DNA from: a virus
Direction: 5' to 3' (one strand)
Length of the DNA stretch: 64,000 nt
Virus record (IMG/VR): IMGVR_UViG_3300045988_169645
A program made the position numbers and the translations under genes. How positions within the stretch are numbered: position 1 is the stretch's first letter; each line of letters begins with the position of its first letter. The notes under the pieces are model-generated. The model was not told the origin of the DNA, searched no databases, and was given only the letters and a program-made list of their open reading frames with translations. This document shows positions 49,570-59,305 of this stretch, in pieces.

Positions 49570-50767
49570 CTATCCTCCTTTTACTACTTAAAGTGCTTGC
49601 AGTAATTTTACTAATTAAATCAACACTTAATTTATACCTAACTTTTATACCTAATACAGCTAACAAAGAATTCATCATTTCCTCAAAAACATCTAATCCT
49701 TTATTATACCTTAACGATATATAATTACTTGCAAAAATTTGATAAGAATTACTATTAAGTTTTGGTAGTCTATATTCCCTTAACCTAATTACCTTAACAC
49801 CATTTTGTTCGCATAAATTATCCTTTAATGTATCAAGACCTATTCTATTTTGATGAAATGTTCGTCCATCATATTCTATTGCTATTCTTCTACTCGGTAT
49901 ATAAATATCTAATTCTAACTTATAATTATTATAACCTAACAACCAATCTGGTCTATAATTATACTTGCAATCAAACCATTTTCCTATCTCAATCTGCATT
50001 AATTTCTCTGGTGCAGATTTCATGCAAATAGGGCAATCACCGTTTTGATATAAAAAAGTATATAATTTCATTTTAAAAATAGTTCCACAAACTAAATGCT
50101 CGAATTCAGCATCTGCTATACTATTCTTATAGCTTAAAAGTTTATATTCTGAAGTATGAGCATTAACTAATCTTTCTACTTCTTCAAAACTTCTTACACT
50201 AACACCTGATTTTGTACATCTTGGACATCTTTGTCCTCGTTTAAAATTTGCAGCTGTAACATCATAAACTAAACCACAACTATTATGCTTTAAAGTTACT
50301 TTATTATTTGCTCCTGTATATTCTGATAATAAAGTATAATCACTGCCAACTGTATTAAATATAAATTCCTTAAATGAATTAGTTGTTCCTTTTACTTTTC
50401 CATAACATTTAAGACATCGCTTACCTGATAAAATCAATCTTGGTTCCTGTTCGTATTTACTTCCACAAATATTATGTCGTATAAGTATTTTATTTGTACC
50501 TTTTGTGTAATCACCTAAAACAGTATATTCATCCCCATATAAATTATAAACTTCCTCTTTAAAAAATCTTGTACTTTTTGATGCACCCCCACTGATAACT
50601 TCACATAATAGACTATCAGTTCTTTTACAATACAAAACACCCTTTATTTTAACTCCCAAATTTACAATATAATTATATAACTCTGAATAAGTTACTGCAT
50701 CAACAACAGAATCCTTAGAATCAGATACATAATATAAATTATTCTTATAACCTAAGTAACTAAACAA
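49547..50767 (-). CDS. protein with three zinc-ribbon repeats and a C-terminal Vsr/DUF559-like PD-(D/E)xK endonuclease-type domain
   Basis: Repeat Y(T/S)(L/V)L.(E/D)YTG.N.K(V/I)...H..CG..Y...........RC..C three times. C-terminal block is ...LELDIYIPSRRIAIEYDGRTFH. Confidence 0.45.
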   Translation of the reverse strand: MFSYLGYKNNLYYVSDSKDSVVDAVTYSELYNYIVNLGVKIKGVLYCKRTDSLLCEVISGGASKSTRFFKEEVYNLYGDEYTVLGDYTKGTNKILIRHNICGSKYEQEPRLILSGKRCLKCYGKVKGTTNSFKEFIFNTVGSDYTLLSEYTGANNKVTLKHNSCGLVYDVTAANFKRGQRCPRCTKSGVSVRSFEEVERLVNAHTSEYKLLSYKNSIADAEFEHLVCGTIFKMKLYTFLYQNGDCPICMKSAPEKLMQIEIGKWFDCKYNYRPDWLLGYNNYKLELDIYIPSRRIAIEYDGRTFHQNRIGLDTLKDNLCEQNGVKVIRLREYRLPKLNSNSYQIFASNYISLRYNKGLDVFEEMMNSLLAVLGIKVRYKLSVDLISKITASTLSSKRRIVDYGDCQ

Positions 50768-50780
50768 AAATAATCATCTC

Positions 50781-51605
50781 CTAAATTTCATATCGTTTAT
50801 AAAAACCCTTAAATGGCTTTTTATTACTGTAAAAAGCTTTTTGACTTTCATCCTCACAACAAAAACAAAGTTCAACTTCATTTTCAGTAAGTTCTACATC
50901 AATAAAACCATCAAAAATATCTACCCCTGCTATTTTTGAATAAAAATATTGAAAATCCTCATTATGTAGAATACAGTCACTCAATACAATACAAGTAATA
51001 CCTGATTTAGTTGTAATTGTTGTTAAATGATGAAAGTAATCTACATTACAGCAATTATTTAGTAATAACTTTATAAAATCAATATACTTTTCACTAAAAT
51101 CACGAATACCTGAATACATTAAGATATTTCCTCTAAATCTACTAGACTTTTTCGATGGATCTGTCATTGTATAATTCCAATTCTTATAAAGCAAATCCTT
51201 GAAATCAGTTAAATCAGATAAATCATCATTCATATTTAAAAACTTTGATGGTAAAATATGTCTGAATAAAGCTTCTTCATATGTGAAACCTAAATCAATA
51301 ACATCTACCCCTATTTCGTGTAACTTTTGTGGGCAACTACCTCCTACTTCGTCTCTATAAATTTTTAACTTAAAATTATTATAAGACATTGGCTCTAAAT
51401 CTTGAGTAAATGCAACAAAAGATGAGTAATCCTCAATTTCGTAACCAAGTATAGCTTTTAAAATATCTGCCTTATTATTTAATACTTTATCTCTAATTTG
51501 TAATCTACAATCTGGTAAAGGATAACCAGTTTCTTCAACTCTTACTTCATTATCCTCAAAAACTAACATTTTTCCATCTTTTAACTGAGATATGTAAAAT
51601 TTCAT
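50781..51605 (-). CDS. hypothetical protein
   Basis: 274 aa ORF. Confidence 0.45.
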   Translation of the reverse strand: MKFYISQLKDGKMLVFEDNEVRVEETGYPLPDCRLQIRDKVLNNKADILKAILGYEIEDYSSFVAFTQDLEPMSYNNFKLKIYRDEVGGSCPQKLHEIGVDVIDLGFTYEEALFRHILPSKFLNMNDDLSDLTDFKDLLYKNWNYTMTDPSKKSSRFRGNILMYSGIRDFSEKYIDFIKLLLNNCCNVDYFHHLTTITTKSGITCIVLSDCILHNEDFQYFYSKIAGVDIFDGFIDVELTENEVELCFCCEDESQKAFYSNKKPFKGFYKRYEI

Positions 51606-51763
51606 TCTTCATACTTCTCCTTAAACTCTGTATATTGTAAAGCAATATTACTTTTACCTGCCTGATAATTTTCATGATTCTCTGGGTAAGAAACAATAAC
51701 CTTTTCCTTATAAATAAGTTGTTCAGAATTCTAGTCTAAACTCTTTACTGCCTTTTAATGAAA

Positions 51764-52468
51764 TTAAATAATGCATGGATTTTTGACCTCCTTAGACTGT
51801 ATTCTTCCATCTACATCCTTAAAATATGTACAAGTATCTGTAGTCAAATTATATAAAATCTGACAACCTCCAAAAATGTTACCACCATCAATATACCTAC
51901 AATTATCTAAATAAGGATTGTTAAGTCCTGCACTTCCTATAGGTACATGACCATGTATATAAATGTCTGTATTATTTCTATCACTAACAGCAGTCAATAG
52001 TTCTGAATCCCATAAACAATTATATACAAGCTTTGAATTTTCAAATTTGATAATATCATCTATCCCTTTATAATAACAGCCATGAACTAAAACAAATTTT
52101 TTACTATTGACGACTAACTGTTCGCAAATTTTTCTTGATAATAAGTAATCTAAAAGATTATCATATTCTATACTTGGCAACGATATCAAAGACTGTGCAG
52201 TAGCTTCTCCACCATTTTGCTTCGAAATCCAAGTATTCATTATATACTCACTTCCAAAAATCATCGACATTATAAGAAACCACTCATGATTACCAAGTAA
52301 AAGTTCTACATTAGGTCTTTTCATAATATCCTGAAGAATTGTAATACCTAAGCTACCCCTATCAATCACATCTCCTACTATGTACAATAGGTCGTCACCT
52401 TTTAACATATTAACTATGTGACTATACATGGCTAAATCACCATGTATATCACTAACTGCATAAATCAT
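51764..52468 (-). CDS. calcineurin-like metallophosphoesterase (lambda PPase-type Ser/Thr protein phosphatase)
   Basis: AVSDIHGD (GDxHG). IVGDVIDRG (GDxxDRG). GNHE. Later His-containing VHG and GH motifs. Confidence 0.8.
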   Translation of the reverse strand: MIYAVSDIHGDLAMYSHIVNMLKGDDLLYIVGDVIDRGSLGITILQDIMKRPNVELLLGNHEWFLIMSMIFGSEYIMNTWISKQNGGEATAQSLISLPSIEYDNLLDYLLSRKICEQLVVNSKKFVLVHGCYYKGIDDIIKFENSKLVYNCLWDSELLTAVSDRNNTDIYIHGHVPIGSAGLNNPYLDNCRYIDGGNIFGGCQILYNLTTDTCTYFKDVDGRIQSKEVKNPCII

Positions 52469-52470
52469 AA

Positions 52471-54303
52471 TTAAGCCCCCACGTTAACTCTACTTAAAAC
52501 TTCTTCAATCTCTTTACCATTTAATGTTTCATACTCAAGTAGAGCCTTTGCTAACTTCTCTACTAAGTCGTAGTTTTTAGTTAGTAAATCAACAGTTTCT
52601 CCATAGAGCTCTTTAGACTTTCTCTGCATAAGTTCAAAAGCATTTGACTTATCAATAATCTGTCTTTCAGCTAAAACATTCATATCTAAAAGACCAAATT
52701 CTTCCTCAAAACCAAGCCTTGACACATATTCCTCTAATATACCTGTAGCTTGAGTGATATCGGAAGAAGCTCCTTGAGTAACTGAATTAAACTTAATTTG
52801 CTCACTTGCTCGACCTGCATAACAAATCTTTACTCTATTTTCATAATACTCTTTTGTAAGGAACTGTGTATCTGAATCCTCTCCGAAAACTACCCCTCCT
52901 ACTCCTGAAGTTGTACCAATAATTGATGCTCTTGACATAGGTTCACCTAATAGGTAATGCATAACTGCATGACCTGCTTCGTGGTAAGCTACAATTTTCT
53001 TATCCTCCTTGAAGTGTTCTTCTTTAGCTCTATTGCCTTTGAATACCTTCTTATCAATGGCTTCTTCCAAGCAAGCCATATCAATAAAAGGTTTCTTGTG
53101 CATTACTGCTATAATACTTGCTTCATTGCAAATTGCTGCAATATCAGCACCCGTGAAACCACTAACTTGTTTAGCTAAAGTTTCTACATCAATATCACTT
53201 GCCACTGAAAACTGCTCAAGATAAAATTCAAATAACTTAACTCTTACTTTCCAATCTCTAGGCTTATTTACAACAATCTGTCTATCAAAACGACCTGCTC
53301 TTGTAAGTGCGGAGTCTAATTTATCAGCTCTATTTGTAGCTGCTATGATAAACACACCATCTCGACCAGTAAAACCATCCATCTCCTGAAGTAAAGCATT
53401 GATTGTCTGCTCATTTTCAGTATTACTACCCCTAGTGTCTCGCTTAATACCGATTGAGTCGATTTCGTCAAAGAACACTATACAAGGTGCATTTTCTCTT
53501 GCAATTTTGAAAGTCTCTCTCACTCGTTTTGCACCTAAACCTACAAACATTTCAATAAGACTTGATGAATTTACATATATGAAAGGCACTCCTGCTTCTC
53601 CTGCAATAGCCTTTGCTATCAAAGTCTTACCAGTTCCTGGCTCACCTGAAAGTAAGATGCCTTTCGGTACTTTAGCACCAATCTCCTCACCTAAATCTCT
53701 ATTCTTAAGCAATTCTGTAATGAACTTTACATCATCAAGAATTTCATCCTGACCAATTACATCTGAAAACTTTACATTGCTTGTCTGGATAATATCTTTG
53801 GCTTCTACCCCTTTCGTTTGATCTTTCATCATTCGCATAATAATTACAATCCAAATAATAGGTACTGCTAAACTTACCATCATACTAAACATATCTACAA
53901 CAGTTGTATTATTTCTATCTAATACAAGATGTACATCGTGTTCGAGCATATCCTTTCTAAATGTATCGTATGCAGGATATTGAACTCTACGCTTGTCCTC
54001 ACTCTTGTATATGTATTCTTCTCGTTCCTCTTGAGTCATATCCTTAGTGTCATCATTTAGTAATGTATAAGTCATCCACTCATCTGAAGCACTATAATAT
54101 ACAGTATCAACCTTTCCGTTTTCTACATCATCAAGAAACTCTGTATATTCGACTTTTTCAATCTTAGCAATTTGCTGTGTCTTCACACTATTCATTATAG
54201 AGAACAGGCAAATAATACAAACTGTCCAAGATACTAATGCTCTTATGACTTTCTGTTTATTCTGCTTAATAAATTCTTTCAGTTTATTCCAGTTATCTTT
54301 CAA
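52471..54303 (-). CDS. ftsH: FtsH-like membrane-anchored AAA+ ATP-dependent zinc metalloprotease
   Basis: Two N-terminal TM helices. Walker A GEPGTGKT. IVFFDEIDSIG. Second region of homology ATNRADKLDSALTRAGRFDR. HEAGHA zinc site. TTG start with an AAGGAGG ribosome-binding site. Confidence 0.9.
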   Translation of the reverse strand: MKDNWNKLKEFIKQNKQKVIRALVSWTVCIICLFSIMNSVKTQQIAKIEKVEYTEFLDDVENGKVDTVYYSASDEWMTYTLLNDDTKDMTQEEREEYIYKSEDKRRVQYPAYDTFRKDMLEHDVHLVLDRNNTTVVDMFSMMVSLAVPIIWIVIIMRMMKDQTKGVEAKDIIQTSNVKFSDVIGQDEILDDVKFITELLKNRDLGEEIGAKVPKGILLSGEPGTGKTLIAKAIAGEAGVPFIYVNSSSLIEMFVGLGAKRVRETFKIARENAPCIVFFDEIDSIGIKRDTRGSNTENEQTINALLQEMDGFTGRDGVFIIAATNRADKLDSALTRAGRFDRQIVVNKPRDWKVRVKLFEFYLEQFSVASDIDVETLAKQVSGFTGADIAAICNEASIIAVMHKKPFIDMACLEEAIDKKVFKGNRAKEEHFKEDKKIVAYHEAGHAVMHYLLGEPMSRASIIGTTSGVGGVVFGEDSDTQFLTKEYYENRVKICYAGRASEQIKFNSVTQGASSDITQATGILEEYVSRLGFEEEFGLLDMNVLAERQIIDKSNAFELMQRKSKELYGETVDLLTKNYDLVEKLAKALLEYETLNGKEIEEVLSRVNVGA

Positions 54304-54351
54304 TGTTTAATCCTCCTTGTAATAACTTCTTTAATATATAAAAAATAACTA

Positions 54352-54627
54352 TCACCTAAATGCAGAGAACTTCTTACCCTCTACCCCTCTCGCATACTCT
54401 TCTAAAGCCTTTAAATTCTTTGAGAACGCATATATTACAGTGTCATCTAAATTAAAATCTGATGGTACTAATATATAAAATTCTGAACTGTGATTTACTA
54501 GCCATACCTCATAATAGCATTCTACAGGAGTATCGTAAACAAAAACCTCTCCTTCTTGACTGTAAGGCTGTTCCTTGTAACTTTTAACAACTTCTTCATA
54601 TTTGGCTTCTGACGTTATTTTACTCAT
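54352..54627 (-). CDS. hypothetical small protein
   Basis: 91 aa ORF between the flotillin terminator and ftsH. Confidence 0.4.
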   Translation of the reverse strand: MSKITSEAKYEEVVKSYKEQPYSQEGEVFVYDTPVECYYEVWLVNHSSEFYILVPSDFNLDDTVIYAFSKNLKALEEYARGVEGKKFSAFR

Positions 54628-54675
54628 AATATGCCTCCTAAAACATTTATAACATATAATTATAATACAGAATAT

Positions 54676-54704
54676 TAAAAAAGGACTAGGGAATTTCTCC
54701 CTAG
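54676..54704 (-). terminator. Rho-independent terminator (minus strand) after the flotillin-like gene
   Basis: CTAGGGA-gaaat-TCCCTAG followed by TCCTTTTTT on the minus strand. Confidence 0.6.
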
Positions 54705-54722
54705 CCCTCGCAAGAAGTAATA

Positions 54723-56266
54723 TTACTTCTTTTCGGTTGTGATATTGACATTGTTTTCTGTCTGAGCCTGAATTGTGTTAGCCTTCATAGCATCAGTTAA
54801 ATCGAATCCAGTTGTTTCTTTAACTGTCTCGACAACCTTTGCTAATGCTGTCGGTACATAATCTGTAACCTGAGCTACCCCATCAACTCCTCCAATAATG
54901 GAAATCTTGTCAATCTGCTCCATAGGCTTCGCAATTGCACCTGCAATCTCAGGTAACTTGTCGATAATCATCTGAGTTACACCTGCCTGATTCATCTTCT
55001 GCATAGCCTCTGCTCTTCTCTCAAGACCTTCAGCTTCTGCAAGAAGTTTTGCTCTTGTAGCTTCAGCCTCAGCAGAACCCTTCTTAGAGATAGCATCAGC
55101 CTCGGCTTCTGCTTTCTTACGAATTGCATCTGCCTGAGCTACTGCTGTAGCTGTAATGGCGTCTGCATCAGCCTGTGCGTCAATTCTCTTCTTTTCAGCT
55201 TCTGCCTCTGCTTTCTTGATAGCATTGAACTTAGAAGCCTCAGCCTCCTGCTCCTGTTTCTTACGATTTGCCTCAGCAGGTTTAACTACCTCTGAAAGAA
55301 GTTTCTTTTCCTTCTCAACAGCCTGCTGTTCTGCAAGTTCAGTGTTCTTCTGAGCCTGTGCAATCTGTACCTGAATTTCAGCCTCAGTAATCTCTTTCTG
55401 TCTTTGCTGTCTTACAAGTTCTGCATCTGACTGAGCCTGAATAACATCTTTCTCAGTAATCTTTGTCTGAATCTCACCTGCAAGTGCTGCTTTAGCCTGA
55501 GCCTTAGCTGCTTCTTCATCGTACTGAGCCTGCTTAACTGCCTGTTCTTTCTCAGCTTCTCTTACCTCTGTTCTCGCTTTGATTTTAGCCTGTTCTCCTG
55601 CACGAATATTCTCGGATGTTTTCTCATCCTGTTCACGCTGAGCATCAGACTTCTGAACCTCTGCATCCTTACGTCTCTGAGCGATTGTACCATCGCCTAA
55701 AGCCTTTATGTAACCATTCTCATCAGAAATATCTGTGATTGTGAAGTTCTTGACTTCAAGTCCCATTGTACTTAACTCAGTACCAACGACTTCCTGAACT
55801 CGACTAGAGAAACTTTCTCGGTTTGCATACAAATCTTCAACAGTCATTGTTGCAATAATCTCACGAAGTTTACCTTCAAGTACAGCAACAGCAGTTGACT
55901 TAATGTTATCAATGATTTCATTCTCATTTCTACCAGTAAACTGCTCAATAGCTGTAAGAATACTATCAGTAGAATTACTTACCTTAATAACAGCAGTAGT
56001 GCAAACTGAAATAGGAAACCCTTCATCGCAAGAGATTTGTTAGTCTCAACATGAAGTGGAATATTACCAAGTGAAATGTAGTCTATTCGTTCCAAACCCG
56101 GAATTACTAAGCCACCTCCACCAGTGATTACTCTCTTCTTAAGACCTGTAATAACACCTGCTTTATCCTGTGGTACTTTCTTCCACATAGAAAAGATAAG
56201 TGCTAATACCACAACTACTGCAACAGCAATTGCGACAATTGGTAACATCTGATTTAACATAGTCAA
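54723..56266 (-). pseudogene. flotillin-like SPFH/band-7 protein carrying a -1 frameshift (N-terminal part 55979..56266, remainder 54723 to about 56040)
   Basis: N-terminal ORF gives TM + KRVITGGGGLVIPGLERIDYISLGNIPLHVETN. The other frame continues QISCDEGFPISVCTTAVIKV...TMTVEDLYANRESF and a long Ala/Glu-rich flotillin tail. The join is at the AACAAA run around 56026-56036. Confidence 0.7.
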
Positions 56267-56338
56267 ATCCTCCTTATAATATTAAATTTTCAAAGTGCTC
56301 ACTCAAGATGTCTACCCCTTGATTTACTTTGCAAATAT

Positions 56339-56367
56339 ATTATAACATGGAACTTACCAAAAGTCAA
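56339..56367 (-). promoter_or_regulatory. near-consensus sigma-A-type promoter (minus strand): TTGACT - 17 nt - TGtTATAAT, upstream of the flotillin-like gene
   Basis: Minus-strand read TTGACTTTTGGTAAGTTCCATGTTATAAT. Confidence 0.6.
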
Positions 56368-56384
56368 GCATAAATCAAATAAAA

Positions 56385-56627
56385 TTAAACTTTATTTAAA
56401 GCTTTACCGTCAACTAATAGGAATAACTCTGCGATAGTTTTGATTTCTGTATACGGTTCATACTCCTTATATCCCTTTATATCTGATACTGATACAATTT
56501 GCAACTCATCTCGCATAGCTAAAGATAATGCACCAAATAAATACTTCATTTCACGCTCATTTTTGGTCTTGTAGTAACAAGAACCTTGCTTATCTCGTTC
56601 AGCAACTACTATTGTACTTGTAAGCAT
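56385..56627 (-). CDS. hypothetical small protein
   Basis: 80 aa ORF between the NfeD-like and flotillin-like genes. Confidence 0.4.
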   Translation of the reverse strand: MLTSTIVVAERDKQGSCYYKTKNEREMKYLFGALSLAMRDELQIVSVSDIKGYKEYEPYTEIKTIAELFLLVDGKALNKV

Positions 56628-56636
56628 ACGATACCC

Positions 56637-57167
56637 CTACATTTCTTTTACCAAAACATAATCATCTTTAAACTCTACAATACGAACCTTAGCACCTTGC
56701 TTGATATCTACTCCTGATACAGACTTAGCTGTTAAACTTACAGAAGAATCTCCAAATCTTTCAGCTACTATACTGCCAAAACCGTTTGCTGGTATAGTAT
56801 TTACAACCTTACAATTACTATACTTTAATAGTGATTTATCATCGGCTTCTGACTGATGTTTTTTAAGATACTTTGTAAAAGTTTGAACTAAAACAGCACC
56901 TACATAAGCTACTATTCCTCCAATAATATTTCTTACAATATATGGTAATGGGTTTAAAAGTAAACCCATTCCTCCAAATAACACTGATGCTAAACAAATT
57001 GCTCTCATAGATATAGGTAAAACACAAATATCAAGGTCTCCAATATCTACATCGAAGCCATCAAAGTCAATAAGTCCTGCAATAGACTCAAAACTATCAA
57101 GAACTAACGTAACTAACATAACAATAAGACCAACACTTATGCAATAAAAATATACTGTATTACTCAT
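56637..57167 (-). CDS. NfeD-like membrane protein (membrane segment + C-terminal OB-fold), the usual operon partner of SPFH/flotillin proteins
   Basis: N-terminal TM helices. C-terminal CKVVNTIPANGFGSIVAERFGDSSVSLTAKS...GAKVRIVEFKDDYVLVKE is typical of the NfeD beta-barrel. Confidence 0.6.
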   Translation of the reverse strand: MSNTVYFYCISVGLIVMLVTLVLDSFESIAGLIDFDGFDVDIGDLDICVLPISMRAICLASVLFGGMGLLLNPLPYIVRNIIGGIVAYVGAVLVQTFTKYLKKHQSEADDKSLLKYSNCKVVNTIPANGFGSIVAERFGDSSVSLTAKSVSGVDIKQGAKVRIVEFKDDYVLVKEM

Positions 57168-57169
57168 AA

Positions 57170-57409
57170 TTAAACCTCCTTATTGTACTGAAATGTTATG
57201 CTTGGGTAATTCATTTCTCTAAAGAATCTTGAAAAACCAGTTATATTATCTGCTGATAAAATACCTAAACTTACAAGAATAAGAGGACTTATTACAGAAA
57301 AACTTGCACCTGTATCCACTACTAAAGGAGTTTCAATATCATCATCTTTCTTTAGCTCCGCTGTACAGATATACTGTCTATAATCTTTAATATAATTAAA
57401 TTTAATCAT
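57170..57409 (-). CDS. retropepsin-like (clan AA) aspartic protease, short
   Basis: PLVVDTGASFSVIS carries the D-T-G-A catalytic motif. 79 aa. The upstream 57410-57690 region contains only stop-riddled fragments. Confidence 0.5.
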   Translation of the reverse strand: MIKFNYIKDYRQYICTAELKKDDDIETPLVVDTGASFSVISPLILVSLGILSADNITGFSRFFREMNYPSITFQYNKEV

Positions 57410-57670
57410 AATCTACCCCCTAATAATGGGTAAAAACACTTTCTACCAGTGCCTCTATTAAAAGCTATCAACTCATCTCTGTAGATATAGTCACAGAAAG
57501 CGTATACAATCATCTTATACCCCGTAGACTCATCAAGTTCAAAATCTTTATTTATTGAACATATAGGTGCTACCTCATTATCTCTTCACCAAACAAATGA
57601 TGTTTCAAAGGGCTCATCAAATACATTTAGATTGCCTTCTTTATGATATGGTGGTAAATCTACTGACTTT

Positions 57671-58045
57671 TTAGGAATTACTTGTAGCATTATTTGCCTC
57701 CTCAATCATTCTTTGTGTTTCTTCCTCTGAAATGCCTAAAACTACTCTATTGTACCAAAATGACTCTGTGTAAATTTCATTTCTCAAATCCTGTGGTAAA
57801 GGCTCTTTTCTTAATATCATGTCCTCTGCCTGTGATATTAAACTTTCATAATGCTGTGCTCGTTTCTTTACTTCTCCGTACAACTCTGTATCTGAAAAGA
57901 TATCAAAAGCTACTCCTAATTCTCTTAATACCTCTCTTTTTCTAATTCTATAAGCGACTCCACTACCCCCTATACTCATTCTCGGTACAGTTATTTTTGC
58001 ATCTTTAAAATTTAACTTAGCAAACTCTTCCTCTGCATTAAACAT
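57671..58045 (-). CDS. hypothetical protein
   Basis: 124 aa ORF. Confidence 0.45.
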   Translation of the reverse strand: MFNAEEEFAKLNFKDAKITVPRMSIGGSGVAYRIRKREVLRELGVAFDIFSDTELYGEVKKRAQHYESLISQAEDMILRKEPLPQDLRNEIYTESFWYNRVVLGISEEETQRMIEEANNATSNS

Positions 58046-58556
58046 TTGAATACCTCCTTAAATATATAACACCATAAGCTTTCAAAAGATTTATTGACTC
58101 TTTAAAATTTAAGTCTTTTATTACTTTAGTCAACTCTGGTAACTCTGACGTCTTAATCAATATATTTGCTATACCATTATTTTGCAGAGCCATTACAAAA
58201 TAAATACCATCATTGTCCGCAAAACTTACTAAATCAGTTTTAGAAAAACTACTGCAACTCGGATGATTATGTAAAAATAAGTATCTATGCATATGTAAGT
58301 CTTTACTATATTTTACATAATCATCTAAATTTACAGTCAATTGCACCTTATTTTCAATACCCTTAAACCATTGACTCCTTGTTAAATCAAAACTATCTAA
58401 TAATATACCACATTCATTAGAATCATTTTTATCCCTAGCTACCTGTAATAACTGTTTACTATAAACTTCTAAAATCTTACAAGTATTTTCATCATGATAA
58501 GGTAAATTTTTGATACTCACCCTATTTATATCTTCGTCTGTTATATAATGTTTCAT
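58038..58556 (-). CDS. RadC-like JAB/MPN metalloprotease-domain protein
   Basis: LFLHNHPSCSSFSKTDL fits the JAMM H-x-H-x(6-7)-S-x-x-D motif. Confidence 0.5.
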   Translation of the reverse strand: MKHYITDEDINRVSIKNLPYHDENTCKILEVYSKQLLQVARDKNDSNECGILLDSFDLTRSQWFKGIENKVQLTVNLDDYVKYSKDLHMHRYLFLHNHPSCSSFSKTDLVSFADNDGIYFVMALQNNGIANILIKTSELPELTKVIKDLNFKESINLLKAYGVIYLRRYSNV

Positions 58557-59293
58557 ACTTTAAATACTTCCTTAAAAGCCTTATAATTAGCTCCTCTAGG
58601 AATAGCAAAAACAACTTTATCGAAACAACTACCCCTCAAAGCTTCCTTAAATAAAGTAGCTACCTCTATAGGGTCTTGCTTAAAAACTCCACAACCAAAA
58701 GCACCTAATATCAAGGTCTTTACATTATTCTCAGATGCAATATCTACTACAAACTTAATTCGCTCAGCTAATGCTTTAGAATTCTCCTCTTCCGTAAAAC
58801 TATTATGCTGAAACATAATAGATTTATTTGGTGCTGGAACTGTAATAACAGAACAGTTAGTCTTATTATCAAATACAACATCTGGTGAATATAAGCCTCT
58901 ATTCATATACAAACCTCTATTTGTATGATTTCTATTCCACTCATAAAACATAGCATCAAATGTTGAAATAACACTATACAAATATGAGTGTCTACAAATG
59001 TCTTCCTCTTGAGCTGAACTACCCCTCATATAGCCTCCACCTGGGAACTTATACGAAGCGAAGTTTAAAACAGCCATATTTTCTGAACTGTATTTGTGAA
59101 TTGCACTAACTGAATCTAAATCAGCTATCTCGATGCTTGGTAAATCACCTGACATTTCAAGTTTGAAATCTCGCTCATAAACTTTAGTTCTGGCTATACT
59201 AGATTTGATATTTTCTCCGTATCTAACCTGCATATTTTTATTATTCTCAATAGCTCTTTTTGCTAACTCACTTTTTCTTGACCTGTAGTCCAT
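58553..59293 (-). CDS. bacterial-type poly(ADP-ribose) glycohydrolase-like macrodomain protein (DUF2263-type)
   Basis: FPGGGYMRGSSAQEE matches the PARG signature GGG-x(6-8)-QEE. Macrodomain glycine-rich segment ILGAFGCGVF. Confidence 0.7.
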   Translation of the reverse strand: MDYRSRKSELAKRAIENNKNMQVRYGENIKSSIARTKVYERDFKLEMSGDLPSIEIADLDSVSAIHKYSSENMAVLNFASYKFPGGGYMRGSSAQEEDICRHSYLYSVISTFDAMFYEWNRNHTNRGLYMNRGLYSPDVVFDNKTNCSVITVPAPNKSIMFQHNSFTEEENSKALAERIKFVVDIASENNVKTLILGAFGCGVFKQDPIEVATLFKEALRGSCFDKVVFAIPRGANYKAFKEVFKV

Positions 59294-59305
59294 AGTATTC
59301 CTCCA

